DNA of 64,000 nt from contig OZ244742.1 of NCBI GenBank assembly GCA_965219415.1, positions 160,001-224,000 of the forward strand. The letters run 5' to 3'. Each line of letters starts with the position of its first letter. Within the stretch, counting starts at the first letter, position 1. Below the pieces are notes generated by a model, which was given only the letters and a program-made list of their open reading frames with translations, was not told the DNA's origin and did not search any database. Below are positions 21,717 through 33,267 of this stretch, piece by piece. The position numbers and the translations under genes are program-made. The stretch is from Candidatus Marinacidobacterales bacterium (GTDB lineage: Bacteria; Acidobacteriota; Vicinamibacteria; Marinacidobacterales; DATDRI01).

Positions 21717-21740
21717 GTGTAGTGAATACCGTCGTGGAAT
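21717..21740 (+). repeat. Putative integrase arm-type site (copy 2)
   Basis: GTGTAGTGAATACCGTCGTGGAAT. Confidence 0.7.
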
Positions 21741-21857
21741 TATAGGCGAAACTGGGGTAATTCCGGGGAAACCTGAGGAACAGAAAACTGCACTCAACTC
21801 ATTGCGGCTGAAGAGATTAACCCTGTTTTCAACAGGTTGGAAAAATGCGTCCGGTTT

Positions 21858-21899
21858 GATTAGGAATCCGTCGCTCTATCCGGCTGAGCTACAGGCGCA
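21858..21899 (-). repeat. att site: duplicated 5' half of tRNA-Arg(CCT)
   Basis: Identical to 14682-14723. Confidence 0.95.
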
Positions 21900-21950
21900 T
21901 CAATAAGTTACGCGGACGACGCTTTCGAGCGTCGGAAAAAGCGTCGGGAA

Positions 21951-22155
21951 TTATCCTCCTCTTTTTGGGGGTGGATTGGCAAGGTCCTCGACGGCGGTGG
22001 CAAGGTGCTCATCATTGACATGAGCGTAGCGTTCCACCCTCTCAAGAGTCTTCCAGCCGCCTAGTGCTTGGATGCTGCTCACGTCCTGCTTGTTCATAGT
22101 CAACCAGCTCGCGAATGTGTGCCGGAGCACGTGCCGGGTCAGCTTGCCGACACGC
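21951..22155 (-). pseudogene. Second tyrosine integrase, C-terminal remnant
   Basis: HVLRHTFASWL...IQALGGWKTLERVERYAH. Confidence 0.85.
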
Positions 22156-22290
22156 ACAAGGTCAAGAAGCAATCCAATTCCTTCAGTTGGGCGTGATCGA
22201 CGAATTGAGTATCGGCTTCGATACCGCGGAATTCGAGATGCGCGAGAGCGCAGACGGCGAAAAAATTCGGCTTATCACCCGGCTCCGTCC
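22150..22290 (+). pseudogene. HK97-type phage prohead protease fragment
   Basis: GQEAIQFLQLGVIDELSIGFD...IRLITRL resembles the G.id.lSiGF catalytic-Ser motif. Confidence 0.55.
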
Positions 22291-22481
22291 CGAAGAAACG
22301 CGAATCTTGAGCCAGTATGAGAATCAGTTAGAAACGGCGTTGGGTAGATGGGCGCGCGACTCGTGCCTCCGGCTCAGCACGAAGGGTTCACATAAACGCC
22401 GTTATTATCGGTCCCGGTTCCCAGTTATAAACCTCCAGGTCATTTCGAAAGATGCCCCGTCTTCACCAAAATAGTACACAC

Positions 22482-23795
<1,314 letters not shown>

Positions 23796-23832
23796 CTAGA
23801 TCTTATAATTGCACCTAGAGTTGCTAAGACAG

Positions 23833-25232
23833 GAGATATTGTCAAGAGTTGTGGATCAACTTTCTGAGTCAAGCGGCGTTCCTCGCTTCTTCGTTTAATC
23901 CGTCGACGAACTTCTCTCCCTCAAGTATCCGAGCGACAAGTGCGGGGGCGTTCACCCGGCGCCATCGTTGGCTCGCCATGTCGAGTAACTTGTAGGCCAT
24001 GAGGAGGGTTTTCGAACGGGAGCCTGCTCCCTTGGTAACTCTCTGCCGGAGTCGCACCGTGGCGAACGCCGACTCGATGGGGTTGGCGGTTCGGATGTGC
24101 TCCCAGTGCTCGGCGGGGAAATCGTAGAACGTCAGGAGTTTGTCCTGGTGCTTGGTCAGGGATGCGACAGCCTTGGGGTACTTGGCCCCGTAGTCCGATT
24201 CGAACCGCTCAAGAGCTTCTTCCGCCTGCTCCCTGGTCTCAGCCTTGACGATCTCGTTCAGGGCGCTCTTCACACGGCCATGAAGACGCCTCGGTAGCTT
24301 GTCGAGGACGTTTTTTGTCTTGTGAACGCAGCACAACTGGTGACGGGTTTCCGGCCATACGTTTCGAACCGCAACCCAGAATCCCAAGGCGCCGTCTCCG
24401 ATGGCGAGAAGAGGAGGTTTCATCCCGCGGCGATCTAGTTCCCTCAGCACGTACGCCCAGCTCTCCTCGCTCTCTCGATAACCGTCCTCCACCGCGAGCA
24501 GCTCCTTCGTCCCATCCGCCCGAACACCAAGAACGACAAGGGTGCAAAGCCTGTCGTCTTCGAGACGAACATTGAAGTGAACGCCGTCGACCCAGATGTA
24601 CGCGTAATCCTCGCGGCTCAAGTCTCGTTTCCGAAACTCTTCGTACTCCGACTGCCATTTCGCCGTCAGCCTCGTGATCGCCGTCGACGAAAGCCCCGAA
24701 GCCTCCTCGCCCAGCAGCTCCTTCAGCGCAGGCCCGAAATCGTTCGTCGACAATCCGCGCAAGTACAGCAACGGCAAAACCTCACTCACCTTCGGGGAGC
24801 GACGCATATACGGAGGTAAGATGCTGCTCGTGAAGCGCTGACGTTCTCCATCGATCACCCGCTTGTCGTTGACTCGCGGCGCCTCGACTTCCATCGTTCC
24901 GCAGCCCATCGTCACTTTGCGGGCTCGAGCTCGACCGTTGCGGACTACGCTCGCGTGTCCGTTCTCGTCTCGTTCCGGAGAGTGGCTTTCGATGTAGTCT
25001 CCGACTTCCTCCTCCAGCGCCGTCATCAACATTCGACGCGCCCCCTCACGAGCCAGCTCATCGAGCGCAGTCCCGACTTCCTCATGTTTCGTTTCCTTCG
25101 GTGGATCTTGTATCCTCAGCATCGGTGGCGTTTCCTTCCTCCGGTTCGCTAAAACCGGTTTGGCCTTTGTCTTACATGGAAGGATACGCCGCCTTTCTCA
25201 TTCAGGCGATCCACAACTTCTGGTTATAACTC
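23833..25232 (-). mobile_element. IS256-family element (type 1) copy B
   Basis: Inverted copy of 18235-19634; flanks CTAAGACAG / GTAAGACAG. Confidence 0.95.
23869..25122 (-). CDS. IS256 family transposase
   Basis: Translation identical to 18345-19598. Confidence 0.95.
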   Translation of the reverse strand: MLRIQDPPKETKHEEVGTALDELAREGARRMLMTALEEEVGDYIESHSPERDENGHASVVRNGRARARKVTMGCGTMEVEAPRVNDKRVIDGERQRFTSSILPPYMRRSPKVSEVLPLLYLRGLSTNDFGPALKELLGEEASGLSSTAITRLTAKWQSEYEEFRKRDLSREDYAYIWVDGVHFNVRLEDDRLCTLVVLGVRADGTKELLAVEDGYRESEESWAYVLRELDRRGMKPPLLAIGDGALGFWVAVRNVWPETRHQLCCVHKTKNVLDKLPRRLHGRVKSALNEIVKAETREQAEEALERFESDYGAKYPKAVASLTKHQDKLLTFYDFPAEHWEHIRTANPIESAFATVRLRQRVTKGAGSRSKTLLMAYKLLDMASQRWRRVNAPALVARILEGEKFVDGLNEEARNAA

Positions 25233-25668
25233 GTAAGACAGCCATAGGTAATGCACTCTCTATTTATAAAGAACAGCTCTATCTTATTGATCCGGCAGAT
25301 CGGGATTCTTCCAAGGTTGAAATAGGAGATATCAGAGATAAAACCTTTGTGATGGTACCTGACTCATGCGGTCTTTCAGAAATCACCAGATCTATTTTGA
25401 GAAGTACCAGTAGAGACTTCAAAGAATATGAGGGAAAAGCCATGACTTATCAGGTCCTCGTTGACTGGTCTGCAAATGGATTGGGTTGCGCCGTTTTACC
25501 AAAGAGCAACATTCCTGAAAGGAATAAAAAAGACCTTGATCACCAAACGGTCGAAACCCATCGCTATAATTTTTGAGGCAAAGTGGCAGTCTTCACAAAA
25601 GAAGATAAAATCCTCCGTTAAACACTTAAAGACAAGCTCTGAGAAAATATACTCTGACCTGGTTTGAA

Positions 25669-25691
25669 TCTATCCGGCCGAGCTACAGGCG
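25669..25691 (-). repeat. Degenerate att site: third copy of the tRNA-Arg 5' fragment
   Basis: TCTATCCGGCCGAGCTACAGGCG, 22/23 match to 14699-14721; preceded by GGTTTGA as at 21853. Confidence 0.8.
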
Positions 25692-25756
25692 AGTTGCGAC
25701 GAAGAGAGTTTGGCGCATTGTGAAAAACGTGGGGAGATTCGGCGGCGGTTGGCGAA

Positions 25757-26858
25757 TCACGCGTCGCGCTTCCTCGCGGGCAAAGTCACCGTTACCGCCG
25801 TACTCTTCCCGAGTTCGCTCTGGATCTCGATCTCCCCTTTGTGTTCCTGAACGGTCTTGTACGCGGTGGGCAGGCCGAACCCCATCTTTATACGGGCCTC
25901 CGCGGCGTTGAACCCAAAGTCGAAGATGCGCGCCAAGCGTTCCGGCGGGATGCCCTTGCCGGTGTCGCGAATCTGAATTGTCACGCTGCCCTCGTGCGAA
26001 GTCGTGAAAATTTCGATTTCGCCCTCTCCCTCAATCGACTGGGCAGCGTTCTTTAGCAAGCTCAAGAAAACCTAATTCAACTGACCCGGTGAACCATAGA
26101 TTGGTGAAGTGTCCCCGCGCCGCATTGTCACAGTGATCTTGTCTCCGATTTGGGGCGTCATCAGCGTGAGAGTGCTCTCGATGCCTTCTTGGATGTCGAA
26201 GACCTGGTACCCCGCCTCGTCGAGCCGGGCGAAGCTGCGGAGGCTGTTGACGATGTTGGTGACTCGGCGGGTGCCAGTACGGATGACTTCGTTGGCACCG
26301 GCCATCGTCTCGAAGGCGGTTTGGACCCCTCGATCGGTGCTGTACTCACGGGAGCCTTCCAGGGCCTTACCTAGTTTGCCGACCGCCCGTATCAGAGTGT
26401 CGTGCATGCTAGTGATGGCCCCTAGCGGCGTATTCATCTCGTGAACAACGTCGGCGACCAGGCTACCCAGAGAGGTCATTTTCTCTTGCATCACTAGCTG
26501 GTTCTGCGTGTCCCGGAGTTGCCGTAGAGCCTTTTCGAGCGTTCGGTTTTGCTCCTCTTGTTTCACGATCAGGTAGAGCGTCAAGCCAAATACGATCGTG
26601 GAGATCACCGCGATGTTGAGGACGAACAACAAAGTGTTTGCCCCAGGCGATATGTCCAATTCGAACCCCTTCACTCGACTGTCCATCAGGCCACTGAACA
26701 CGGTCAGGAGTAGATAAGTCGCCAGCCACTTCACGCTCAATTTGGCGTCCTGAAACGTGAGCGAGCCGATCAGGGCCAGCATGGACCAAAGCATCACGGC
26801 TCCGGAGGGGACGAAACCGCCAAGGACCCACTGGAACAGAAAGGGCAGGAGCAGAAGG
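25757..26858 (-). pseudogene. Membrane sensor histidine kinase, 5'-truncated and disrupted near 26070
   Basis: HEMNTPLG H-box, NAAQS N-box, IRDTGKGI, GFGL; N-terminal TM helices. Confidence 0.85.
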
Positions 26859-27092
26859 CACCAGTGCGCGGATCATCTCGACCTTCGAGTCCACCTCGAG
26901 CTCCCCGTATCCCTCTTGCTCCATGACCTCTACTTCACCTAGACGACGCGTCTTCTTGCGTTCCTTGACCCTTCGTAGCAGACTTCCCATATCGGCTCCT
27001 TTCTTGAGCGGCTTGATTTCGCTTTTGACAACGTCATCAAACCACCCGAGAGGGGGCCGTTTCAAATTTCAACTAAGAGTGACACACATTCG
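26857..27092 (-). mobile_element. Remnant (left end) of a type-2 IS256 element
   Basis: MGSLLRRVKERKKTRRLGEVEVM...KVEMIRALVP is homologous to the ORF at 15988; TCTTAGTTG end motif. Confidence 0.8.
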
Positions 27093-27180
27093 ATCGTCTT
27101 GTCAGGTCTTGCCAGCTGGTGCTGGACAACAACGGAGGCGATTATATCCGTCGGTACTTGGAGAAACGACCCCGTGGATA

Positions 27181-28582
27181 GAGATATTGTCAAGAGTTGT
27201 GGATCAACTTTTCTGAGTCAGGCGGCGTTCCACGCTTCTTCGTTTAGTCCGTCGACGAATTTCTCTCCCAGAATAAGACGAGCTACGAGTCCCGGCGCGT
27301 TGACGCGACGCCAGCGGTGGCTTGCCATGTCGAGTAGCTTGTAAGCCATGAGAAGGGCTTTCGATCGAGACCCAGCGCCTTTGGTACTCGCTGCCGGAGT
27401 CGAACGGTGGCGAACGCCGACTCGATGGGGTTCGCGGTTCGAATGTGCTCCCAGTGCTGGGCGGGGAAACCATAGAAGGTGAGCAGCTCGTCCTGATGGT
27501 TGGTCAAAGACGCCACGGCCTTGGGATACTTGGCTCCGAAGTCGGATTCGAACCCCTCGACCGCTTCTTCGGCTTGCTCCTTGGTCTCAGCCTTCACGAT
27601 CTCGTTCAGAGCGCTCTTCGCGCGGCCGTGAAGACGCTTCGGCAACTTGTCCAGGACGTTCTTCAGCTTGTGAACCCAACACAACTGGTGGCGCGTTTCC
27701 GGCCATACGTTTCGAACGGCGGCCCAGAACCCCAAGGCTCCATCTCCGATCGACAAAAGAGGGGCCTTCATCCCGCAGCGTTCAAGGCCCCTGAGTACGT
27801 ACGACCAGCTTTCCTCGCTCTCTCGGTACCCGTCCTCAACCGCAAGCAACTCTTTCGTCCCATCGGCCCGAACCCCAAGAATGACAAGGGTGCACAGCCG
27901 ATCGTCTTCAAGCCGGACATTGAAATGGATGCCGTCGACCCAGATGTAGGCGTAGTCCTCTTTTGCTCAGGTCCCGCTTTCGAAACTCGTCGTATTCCGA
28001 CTGCCATTTCGCTGTCAGCCTCGTGATGGCTGTCGACGACAGACCCGACGCGTCTTCGCCCAGGAGCTCTTTCAGCGCAGGCCCGAAATCGTTCGTCGAC
28101 AAACCGCGAAGATACAGCAACGGCAATACCTCGCTCACCTTCGGAGATCGACGCATGTACGGTGGCAAGATATCGCTCGTGAATCGTTCCCGTTCTCCAT
28201 CCTCCACACGTTTGTCATTCACTCGCGGTGCTTGCACTTCCACGGTTCCGCACCCCATCGTTACCTTGCGGGCTCGAGCTCGACCGTTGCGCACAAGCAC
28301 GGCGTGACCGTCCTCGTCCCGTTCCTGGACATGACGTTCCACATAGTCCGAGACTTCCTCCTCCAGCGCCGTCTTCAGCATCCGACGTGCTCCCTCTCGT
28401 GCGAGTTCCGTCCAGTGTCTTTCCAACTTCTTCCTGTTTCGTTTCCTTCGGCGGATCTTGTATCCTCAGCATCGGTGGCGTTTCCTTCCTCCGGTTCGCG
28501 AAAACCGGCTTTTTGTTGCGACTTCGTGGAAGGATACGCCGCCTTTCTCAGCTAAGCGATCCACAACTTCAGGTTATAACTC
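27181..28582 (-). mobile_element. Diverged type-1 IS256 copy C with frameshifted transposase
   Basis: Same TIRs as copies A/B; flanks CGTGGATA / CGTTGGATA; transposase in 4 frames. Confidence 0.9.
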
Positions 28583-28860
28583 CGTTGGATAAGGCGGCCG
28601 ATGTCGCTTTCTCTTACAATTTTCGTTCTTGGGAGACTTTTCTAGCTCGCGCAGCGGATCTTCGCTATTTTTGCGGCTTTCTGAACTCTGCTCAGCGCAA
28701 CGGCCGACGCTCCCGTGGGAGAACGTCGGCAACTCTTACGATTGTGAAGGTCGAGCGTGGGCGGCACTGGCGTGTAACAGATTGAGCTTGTGCGGGTTAG
28801 TAGATTGGCCCGGCGATTGCTTACATCAGCTGTGAATCATATTAAAGGGGGACTCAACAC

Positions 28861-29043
28861 ATGTATGCGAGATTCCTGCGAACTGCATGGAAGGGCATCG
28901 GAGCATTGGCGGCTCTAGGCTTTCTAGCCACACCCGCGTGGGCCAGTAGCATACACCGGGTACCGGAGCCTAGCTTAACGGCGCTGCTCGCCGGTGGGCT
29001 AGCTGCCGCGGCACTGATCGCTAGACTTTCGCGCCGCAAGTAG
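28861..29043 (+). CDS. Minimal PEP-CTERM protein (60 aa)
   Basis: Signal peptide ending PAWA, then SSIHR-VPEPS, hydrophobic helix and RLSRRK; GGGGGA RBS upstream. Confidence 0.75.
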   Translation: MYARFLRTAWKGIGALAALGFLATPAWASSIHRVPEPSLTALLAGGLAAAALIARLSRRK

Positions 29044-29105
29044 CTCGGCTAGCCTCGAACCCGGTCCCAGAGTACGGGGCGAGAAGGCGCGCTTGAGATC
29101 ATCGA

Positions 29106-29944
29106 GTGGCTGATTTTCTCCTCACTCGTACAGGGTCCATTTATGCCGGCGCTTACTTTGGCGCGGTCTTCCTCATGGCGATCTGGGAGGCCGTGGCGCC
29201 TCGGCGTTCGTCGACCGCCCCGCTTGGCAAGCGCTGGCGCACTAACATCTCGCTGGCCTTGATCGACTCTGCGCTCATGCGCTGGGTCTCACCCATCACC
29301 GCTATCACCGCCGCAGTGATCGTCTCTGAGCGTGGATGGGGGCTCTTCAACGGAATGGCGGTGCCTTATTGGCTCGCCTTCACTTGTTCTCTGCTTTTCC
29401 TTGACCTCGCTGGGTTCGGTCAGCATTTTCTGCTTCACAACATTCCCGCCTCTGTGGCGCGCCCACCGAACGCATCACGCAGATCTAGACGGCGACTTCT
29501 CGACCGGTGTACGGTTTCACCCCTTCGAAGCTCTCCTCACCATAACGATGAACCTCGCGGTGATCATTGGCCATCGGTGTACCGGTGCTTGCCGTTTTCG
29601 CCTACGAGACCCTCGTTGCGGCGTCGACCTTTGTAGTGCATGGCAACGTGCGCTATCCGCTAGGGATTGACCGTATCCTTCGACTCGTCATGGTGACGCC
29701 CGAGATGCATCGTGTTCACCATTCGATTCTGTTGCGCGAGTCGAACAGGAACTTCGGAATTTTGCTGTCCTGCTGGGACCACTTCTTCGGAACTCATCTA
29801 GACCAGCCAGCGGGCGGTCATGAAGCCATGACCCTAGGAGTGCCGGAGCGAAGAGACCCAAAGTACCTGTCGCTTCATTGGGTACTGGCCGATCCCTTCC
29901 TGGCCGACACCCCGCAAGCCCCGGAACCGACGCGGTCGGAATAG
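29106..29944 (+). pseudogene. Sterol desaturase/fatty acid hydroxylase family protein, frameshifted
   Basis: HFLLH, LWRAHRTHHAD, RFHPFE, HGN, HRVHHS, NFG..WDHFFGT. Confidence 0.85.
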
Positions 29945-30327
29945 GAACTATTCAGCCGAAGTGAGGCTGTCGGCGCTATGCCTTCCGCTCGGCGGGATCG
30001 TCGAGCTTCACAACTTCTTCCCCACGCAGAGCGGATTTTCGAACGGAGTTTTTGCCTCGCCTCGCGCTCGGCGAGGGTCAAGAAACTGTAGGACGTCTTA
30101 GTCAGCTTTTGAAGGAACGAAATCTCGAGATGGCTCAGGTAGAGTTCCACACCGTCTTTCTGGCCCCCGGGCAGGGTGATATCGGAGAACTTGCGTCCGA
30201 ATGACTGGCGTGTCTTCTGCTCTTTATCCGTAATGAAATGGTACTCGGCCTTCAGCAACTTCTGAATGAAGGCCAATTCCAGATATGTGAGGCTGAGACA
30301 CGCTCGCCTGCTATTCGAGGCGGCCAT
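29875..30327 (-). CDS. Hypothetical protein with two internal ~45-aa repeats
   Basis: LSLTYLELAFIQKLLKAEYHFIT..E..TRQ / LYLSHLEISFLQKLTKTSYSFLT..E..ARQ. Confidence 0.6.
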   Translation of the reverse strand: MAASNSRRACLSLTYLELAFIQKLLKAEYHFITDKEQKTRQSFGRKFSDITLPGGQKDGVELYLSHLEISFLQKLTKTSYSFLTLAEREARQKLRSKIRSAWGRSCEARRSRRAEGIAPTASLRLNSSYSDRVGSGACGVSARKGSASTQ

Positions 30328-30404
30328 GGGTAAGTCTTCCTTTGCTGGCTTTGGTCCTTAGCTGTTCAAGCTTGATTGTCTTCAGCGGCGCACCGACGAG
30401 ACAG

Positions 30405-31443
30405 TCAAGTACCGATCTTGTAATTGTTCTGGTCGTCCGGCGTCGGCAAATACGAGCGGAACATGTCGGTGGCACGTTTGTAGACCTCGGCCTCGGACGT
30501 GCCCCAAATGATGAAAGGCTCGTGCGGGTTGGGGTGCGTGACATCGACTAGGGCGAAACGCTCTCCGACTCGCGCTAGGTTCCAAGCATGGCGTCCGCTG
30601 AAAACGTAAAACTTCAGGTCCCCTTTGACGAGACGGGATTCTATCCCTGCCTCTTGCAAATAGAGCTGATAGAAAATCGACAAGTGCCGGCAGACCCCCA
30701 GCCCCATGTCCAGGTATTTCGACAGTGGCAATGCTCCGATCGCCGTACTCGTGGAGAAGCTTGTCCACGCCGCGTTCGTTGAACTTGATGTCCCGACGTA
30801 CCGCGCGGTAGTACTGAGCCAAAAGATCCTCGAGCGCTCCCGTGGTCACCATGCGACGCTTGCAAGCCACCAGGCGACCGCGCACGTGTTCCTTGTCGAC
30901 CTTGATCTTCTCGCGTCCATTGCGTTCCGTCACGGAGGAGAGCGATCCCATGTCGGTATACCCGTTCATTAGATACTCCGGGATACCTTGGTGGACCCGA
31001 CCGGCGGGTCCGGTCCGACTCTGTCGGTCCATGAGGATCTCCAGATCCACGGCCGCCCGCACGTAGCGCTCTTTTCTCCCCGGCTCCGCGATTCGGCCGA
31101 TCGCCCGGTTCATGGCGCGGATGCAACTGACAGGCTTCATTTTCCAGCTCGCAGAGAACTCGGTCAGCTCGGTGTGCTCCAGCTCGTAAGCGATGTGTTT
31201 TCCACTCGCGGGGTCCTCGTAGTAGGACCGATCCAAATAGTCGTCGTCCCCGAGGGCCACCGAGCGGGCGAGCGAAGACTGCTGGGCGGTCAGCCGATCC
31301 AAGAGTCGCCGGGTGCTCCTAGGGCCATGGTGCTTGAGGAACGGCGAGCGGTAAGTCCCCGCCTCTTTACCTTCAGCGGCGAGATCGGCGCCAAGGATAG
31401 TACTCCCCTCGGCGCGGGCGAGCCCGCGAAGTCCAAATCTCAT
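30405..31443 (-). CDS. EDR1/transglutaminase-like Cys-His-Asp domain protein (frameshift near 30730)
   Basis: GLGVCRHLSI...GIESRLVKG...HAWNL...LVD. Confidence 0.65.
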
Positions 31444-31490
31444 AAGAACCTGTTTAGTTGTAGGTTCGGGAGGCCCAGGCTGTCAAAGAC

Positions 31491-32009
31491 TCAGCTGTAC
31501 CGCAGGATAGATTGGACGTCGTAGTCGGTGAGCTTCTCTCGTCCCTTGAGGAAATCCAGCTCCACCAGGAAAGTCAGAGCCTCGACCTTCCCTCCGACCT
31601 TTTCCACCAGCTCTGCCACGGCGCGAGCGGTACCCCCTGTGGCCAGGACGTCATCGACAATGACCACTCGCTGCCCCGCCTGGATCGCGTCCGAATGCAT
31701 CTCCAGGGAGTCCGTCCCGTACTCCAGCTGGTAGGTCACCTGGACCGTGTCGGCGGGTAGCTTTCCGGGCTTCCTCACCGGGATGAGGCCCTTCCCGAGC
31801 TTGTAGGCCAGACCCGATGCGAAGATGAACCCGCGGCTCTCGATGCCCACCAACGCGTCGTAGGTCTTGTTATCGAGAGCCGACGATAGCAGATCGATGG
31901 AACGCCCGAACGCACTGGGGTCCCTCAGGAGCGTGGTGATGTCCTTGAAGACGACTCCCTTTTTGGGAAAGTCGGGAATGTCACGAATAACTTGCCGCAG
32001 TTGTTCCAT
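31491..32009 (-). CDS. apt: Adenine phosphoribosyltransferase
   Basis: PDFPKKGVVFKDITT, GIESRGF, RKPGKLP, LEYG, VDDVLATGGT. Confidence 0.97.
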   Translation of the reverse strand: MEQLRQVIRDIPDFPKKGVVFKDITTLLRDPSAFGRSIDLLSSALDNKTYDALVGIESRGFIFASGLAYKLGKGLIPVRKPGKLPADTVQVTYQLEYGTDSLEMHSDAIQAGQRVVIVDDVLATGGTARAVAELVEKVGGKVEALTFLVELDFLKGREKLTDYDVQSILRYS

Positions 32010-32017
32010 GGCTGATC

Positions 32018-32317
32018 CTAATATCGAACTCCGAAACCCTGAAGGTCAACGTCCACCGGAACCGTCTTCATCGAAAGCTCCTCGACCTTTGCAAATCGCG
32101 GGCCCTCGCGAAGCTCCTGGCAAAAACTCTCGAGCGTTTGTTCATCCGCTTGAGCCAGGACCTCCACCGCGCCCTCAGGGAGGTTTCTGACATATCCGGC
32201 AACCTCTAGCTCAGAGGCTCGCTTCTCCGCAAACCACCGAAAACCAACCCCCTGAACCCGGCCGGAAATGAGGATATGTACCGCCTTCAAACCATCGACT
32301 CGACTGCACAGGGCCAC
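32018..32317 (-). CDS. acyP: Acylphosphatase
   Basis: ISGRVQGVGFR, GYVRNLPEG. Confidence 0.95.
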   Translation of the reverse strand: MALCSRVDGLKAVHILISGRVQGVGFRWFAEKRASELEVAGYVRNLPEGAVEVLAQADEQTLESFCQELREGPRFAKVEELSMKTVPVDVDLQGFGVRY

Positions 32318-32413
32318 CGCCCCGTCAGCCAGCCGTAGACGTTACACCAGGGCCCCCTTCGGGACAACTCTAACGCCGTGACCCATTGCCAACACCTTGA
32401 AACCTCTTCCTAA

Positions 32414-33241
32414 ATGCATTACTGTCCCAACTCTTTGGTCCAATCCGCGAGGGTCAGCGTGGCCTTTTTCAAGAAAAACAAGGCTCAAGACGACTTCTAT
32501 AACGAGCTCATCAAGAGTCGGCGCGACACCCACCTCTTCAGCTGTGGCTACAGTGAGAGATTCGACCCATTCCTTTTAGATCAGAAACCGTTCCTAGCCC
32601 GAGTGTACGAGGATCTCTTCGCGACCCTTTTTCCCAACAAAGTGACGAACATTCTGGACGTGGGATGCGGCACCGGACTCTATTGGCCCGTTCTCGCTCG
32701 ATACGGCGAAGACATCTCCGGCATCGATTCCTCGGAATCGATGATCGGCGAAGCGAAACGCCTCGTCACCGCCAAGAATTTGGACCACATCACCGCGTCC
32801 GTCCAGAACAGTGGCGATATTCAGTTTCCGGACGGTACCTTCGATGTCGTCCTATGCGTCGATGCACTTCATCACATCCCGCAGCTGGGAAAGGCAGTTG
32901 GCGAGTTCCACCGTGTCCTCAAGCCGGGAGGCCGCTTCTTGGCGGTGGAACCCAATATGTTCAACCCCCTAATGTTTCTCGCTCACCTCATCCCACCCGA
33001 GGAACGCTATGGCGTCGTCCGAAGTTTCGGCCCGATATTGAGGAGCGTATTCCGCTCTTACTTCGACAACATTCGGATTCGGTACGTCAACTACGTAGCG
33101 AGCGCCACGTCGGAAGAACAGCTCCAGCGCGTCGAGTCCTTCGGGAATGTCCTGGTCCGAATACCGATTCTAAGGGCCTTTTCTCTCCGCCAAACGCTCA
33201 GCATGACGAAGCGCTCTGCCCCCACATTGTCATCCGCCTGA
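32414..33241 (+). CDS. Class I SAM-dependent methyltransferase
   Basis: ILDVGCGTG, FDVV, LHH, RVLKPGG; start uncertain. Confidence 0.85.
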   Translation: MHYCPNSLVQSARVSVAFFKKNKAQDDFYNELIKSRRDTHLFSCGYSERFDPFLLDQKPFLARVYEDLFATLFPNKVTNILDVGCGTGLYWPVLARYGEDISGIDSSESMIGEAKRLVTAKNLDHITASVQNSGDIQFPDGTFDVVLCVDALHHIPQLGKAVGEFHRVLKPGGRFLAVEPNMFNPLMFLAHLIPPEERYGVVRSFGPILRSVFRSYFDNIRIRYVNYVASATSEEQLQRVESFGNVLVRIPILRAFSLRQTLSMTKRSAPTLSSA

Positions 33242-33267
33242 GGCGGCTGATAGACTCCGATTTGGAA

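Larger units (their letters stand above)
14682..21899. mobile_element. Integrative island 1 at tRNA-Arg(CCT), decayed
   Basis: 42-bp direct repeat 14682-14723 / 21858-21899 (5' half of the tRNA); integrase adjacent to the tRNA. Confidence 0.85.
23796..25667 (+). pseudogene. LysR-type regulator substrate-binding fragment (AT-rich), split by IS256 copy B
   Basis: LDLIIAPRVAKT joins AIGNALSIYKEQLYLI...WSANGLGCAVLP. Confidence 0.65.

Noticed and set aside
21858-21899. A second tRNA-Arg gene or a split tRNA
   Set aside because: Only the 5' half is present, with no T-arm; it is explained as an att duplication
32665-33267. 851-aa ORF suggesting an N-terminally extended GlgB
   Set aside because: The extension overlaps the methyltransferase in another frame and is Arg/Pro-rich shadow translation; the real start is about 33268
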